This document shows positions 61,479 to 64,000 of a stretch of 64,000 bases of DNA, one piece after another (within the stretch, counting starts at the first letter, position 1; each line of letters starts with the position of its first letter). Both the position numbers and the translations under genes were made by a program. The notes beneath the pieces are model-generated. The model ran no database searches and was not told the origin of the DNA. It saw nothing but the letters and a program-made list of their open reading frames with translations. The DNA is from Octopus sinensis (Eukaryota). Location: contig NC_042997.1 of the NCBI RefSeq assembly GCF_006345805.1, positions 58,652,001 to 58,716,000 on the forward strand. Direction: 5' to 3'.

Positions 61479-62245
61479 GTGACAGGGGCTGGACATGTTC
61501 TTCGCTGCTCTGCTTTGTCAGCAGCTGAAGACACTAAAACACTAATACAGCCCAGTAGGACAACTGAAAAATAACTCTAAAAGACTGGAATATTTACAGT
61601 TTCCTGTGAGTATTTTGAATTTCCCTCAAAATAAGTTAAGGAAATTACACACCTACAACTTTCGAACACACAAACGATCAGCTTTAAAACCTTTAATATC
61701 TACAACTTCTCTGAATACCTATCCTTTCCTTTCCCCTTGAGTATTTGAAAATGTAAACATTCCCTTTATTCCCAGAACACTACAGTTTTCTCTTTTCGGA
61801 CAGACAATAAAAATCATCTCCAGTAAATTTTAAAAACCTTAATATCTCCAATTTTCTGTGAAAAAATTTTACCTTCCTTTTCTTTCCGTCCATTTTCCCC
61901 TGAATATTCGAAAATGTAAACATCCTTTTTATTGCAAAAACACCAGAGTCTTCTCTGAACGGACATACAAATGAACACTCAAAAGCTTTAGAAACCTTTG
62001 TGTGAACATTTTATCTTTCCTTCTTCCCTGACTAACAGAATATGTAAACATGCCTTTTATAGTAACAACACAATTAAATGCACGATAAAAATTTAAGGAA
62101 GTAAACACCGATCAATATATACATACTGCACAGCTACAAAAACTGTAAACCACAGCGAAACTTTTAAAAAGAAAAGAAAAATTCCAAAGGAAAAAGAAAA
62201 AGAAAAAGAAATTCAGAAATTCAAAAATTCAACAAGGTGAACATC
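61479..62245 (+). mobile_element. Unclassified non-coding repeat starting in (AAT)n, with internal ~150-180-bp subrepeats
   Basis: Motif aaaatgtaaacat(t)cc..ttt recurs near 61750, 61915 and 62040; last ~130 bp homologous to 27340-27470 (minus). Confidence 0.5.
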
Positions 62246-62270
62246 TCTTCCTCCTGCTATTCCCAAGGCT

Positions 62271-62802
62271 GAGGACGCCGTGATGGCGTCAGCCCTTCTG
62301 GTGACGTTGATGATCGCCTGGGGCTAAATGCATCAGTAACACCCCCACCGCCCTGCCCTGTCCCTAGCCATATTCGGATGGCTAACGTCCCTTATGTTAT
62401 GGAGCAGTTACTGTATATACCTCGCTTAGAGAATTATTATTGCTGTCGAACAGATTTTCTACATCAGTAAATGTATTTACTGTGAAAATCTTTATATAGA
62501 TAGCCTGCACAGAGAGTCGTTCGTCGAGGGGCGGTGCCTGCCATACGTTGACGAGAGGCAAACACCTTGAAACCTGGGTCCGTATGTGGCATCCGCTTCT
62601 TCGGGGAATGATCTCCTTTTGCAGGCTAGAGGACGCCGTGATGGCGTCAGCCCTTCTGGTGACGTTGATGATCGCCTGGGACTAAATGCATCAGTAACAC
62701 CCCCACCGCCCTGCCCTGTCCCTAGCCATATTCGGATGGCTAACGTCCCTTATGTTATGGAGCAGTTACTGTATATACCTCGCTTAGAGAATTATTATTG
62801 CT
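62271..62802 (+). repeat. 174-bp GC-rich direct repeat (62271-62444, 62629-62802), one mismatch
   Basis: gaggacgccgtgatggcgtc...gagaattattattgct occurs twice, 184-bp spacer. Confidence 0.93.
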
Positions 62803-62866
62803 ATATATATATATGTAAGTATGTATATATATATGTATGCATATAGGCATATATTTATATATTATT

Positions 62867-62908
<42 letters not shown>

Positions 62909-63311
62909 GTATAGATGTATGTATGTACATAAACGTATGTATATATGCATACATACATACTTTTATTATATTATCATTTCACATCTATACTATCTAATAA
63001 GAAGGCAAGAAATCGTGTATAGTAAAATAGATTTATGCTTTCAGAATGTTGTATTTGCAATCCAGTCACGATTTCCCGCTCCAGCCATTTCATTCCACTT
63101 ACGCTACTAATGTTCTGGAGGATAAGAATTAAAGAAACATAAGAGAAACAAATATATCTAAAAGAGAAACCTACTATCAATAGCTTTCGTTGTAGAAACC
63201 TTTCGTAACTCATTGCCCAGTAGTCTTGCTGTTGTTTTAATCATAGGCCATTGCAAACTGAGAAGACCTATGATCAAAGGATTTCATATCACGACTGTCC
63301 CTTATTCCAAC

Positions 63312-63440
63312 ACCTCCTCCTCCTCCTCCTCCTCTTCTTCTTCTCTTCTTCTTCTTCTTCTTCTTCTTCTTCTTCTTCTTCTTCTTCTTCTTCTTCTTCT
63401 TCTCTTCTTCTTCTTCATCATCATCATCATCATCATCAAT
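63312..63440. repeat. (CCT)/(TCT)/(CAT) compound microsatellite
   Basis: Direct reading. Confidence 0.95.
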
Positions 63441-63539
63441 CGCTACAGCCAATAAAGAAAACATCCGGTATGACAATTATTTTACCTTAGCTAGTGCAAG
63501 AGGAGGGGCAATACCAACATGATACTAGCACTGCACGCG

Positions 63540-63616
63540 CGAGTGTGTGCGTGCGTGTGTGTGTGTCTCTCTGTGTGTATGTGTGCGTGTGTATGTGTGT
63601 GTGTGTGCGTGTGTGT

Positions 63617-63678
<62 letters not shown>
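63540..63678. repeat. (TG)n microsatellite
   Basis: Direct reading. Confidence 0.95.
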
Positions 63679-64000
63679 CACCTACCTCTAAGAATTCTAA
63701 ACGGAATGATTATAGCTTACCACTGTGAGCAGTTGCGGCGTTGTACAATCGACGAGCAATATGTTAACCCATAGTTTCTAGATCAGTTCCTTCTCAGAGA
63801 AAAGTTAGTTGCAATCTAATCTAGTAAAGAATTTACTTCATTCGTTTGACGAAACAAAAAAAAAGGGAGAACATCAACTATCTCATAAATTACAAAGGAA
63901 GATTGACTTAACGGACATAATAAAACTGATAACTCTGTAGAATGTAATCTATAGTATATAAAACTGGTGATTTTATAGTCAATAATACATCTAGTGAGTT

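Noticed and set aside
61479-61553. HDV-like ribozyme at the start of the AAT-anchored element (TGACAG/TTGTCA and GGGCTG/CAGCCC pairings, CTAA before P2')
   Set aside because: J1/2 would be zero nucleotides, P3 does not pair, the loop is too long and the P1.1 GG is absent; worth an Infernal scan but not supportable by eye.
375-63728. Most ORFs in the six-frame track (poly-Y/I/N/L, HTHT, VCVC, MYVC, YIYI proteins)
   Set aside because: They are translations of microsatellites and SINEs with no domain content or splice context; no host exon could be supported.
1-64000. CRISPR arrays, rRNA, true tRNA genes, prokaryotic operons
   Set aside because: None seen; tRNA-like segments are SINE heads without complete cloverleaves, and the regular repeats are microsatellites.

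Overview
Eukaryotic, AT-rich, microsatellite-saturated window with no convincing host-gene exon; it reads as intergenic or deep intronic DNA. The SINE families, (AAT)n/(TA)n density and Dong/R4-type retroelements suggest an octopus or other cephalopod genome, which is an inference from pattern recognition, not a database result. It contains: a near full-length APE-RT LINE of the CR1/L2 group (18.9-22.6 kb) and a 5'-truncated relative (35.2-36.5 kb); many Dong/R4-type RLE retrotransposon pieces sitting in (AAT)n tracts, including a 431-aa open C-terminal ORF; two Penelope-like GIY-YIG remnants with inverted flanks; two mariner relics, one strongly Hsmar1-like; a hAT transposase relic; a composite Helitron; several MITEs/foldbacks, including a ~1.95-kb palindrome; three tRNA-derived SINE families; and a 100-N assembly gap. 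The most unusual signal is five hammerhead-ribozyme-like motifs from four unrelated repeat families. One family has a swapped G3:C8 core, present in both arms of a Penelope inverted repeat. Another motif lies inside a small non-coding A-B-A plus inverted-arm element with a Pol III-like head, a retrozyme-like candidate. All folds and alignments were done by eye, and boundaries are approximate to a few bases unless a TSD is given.
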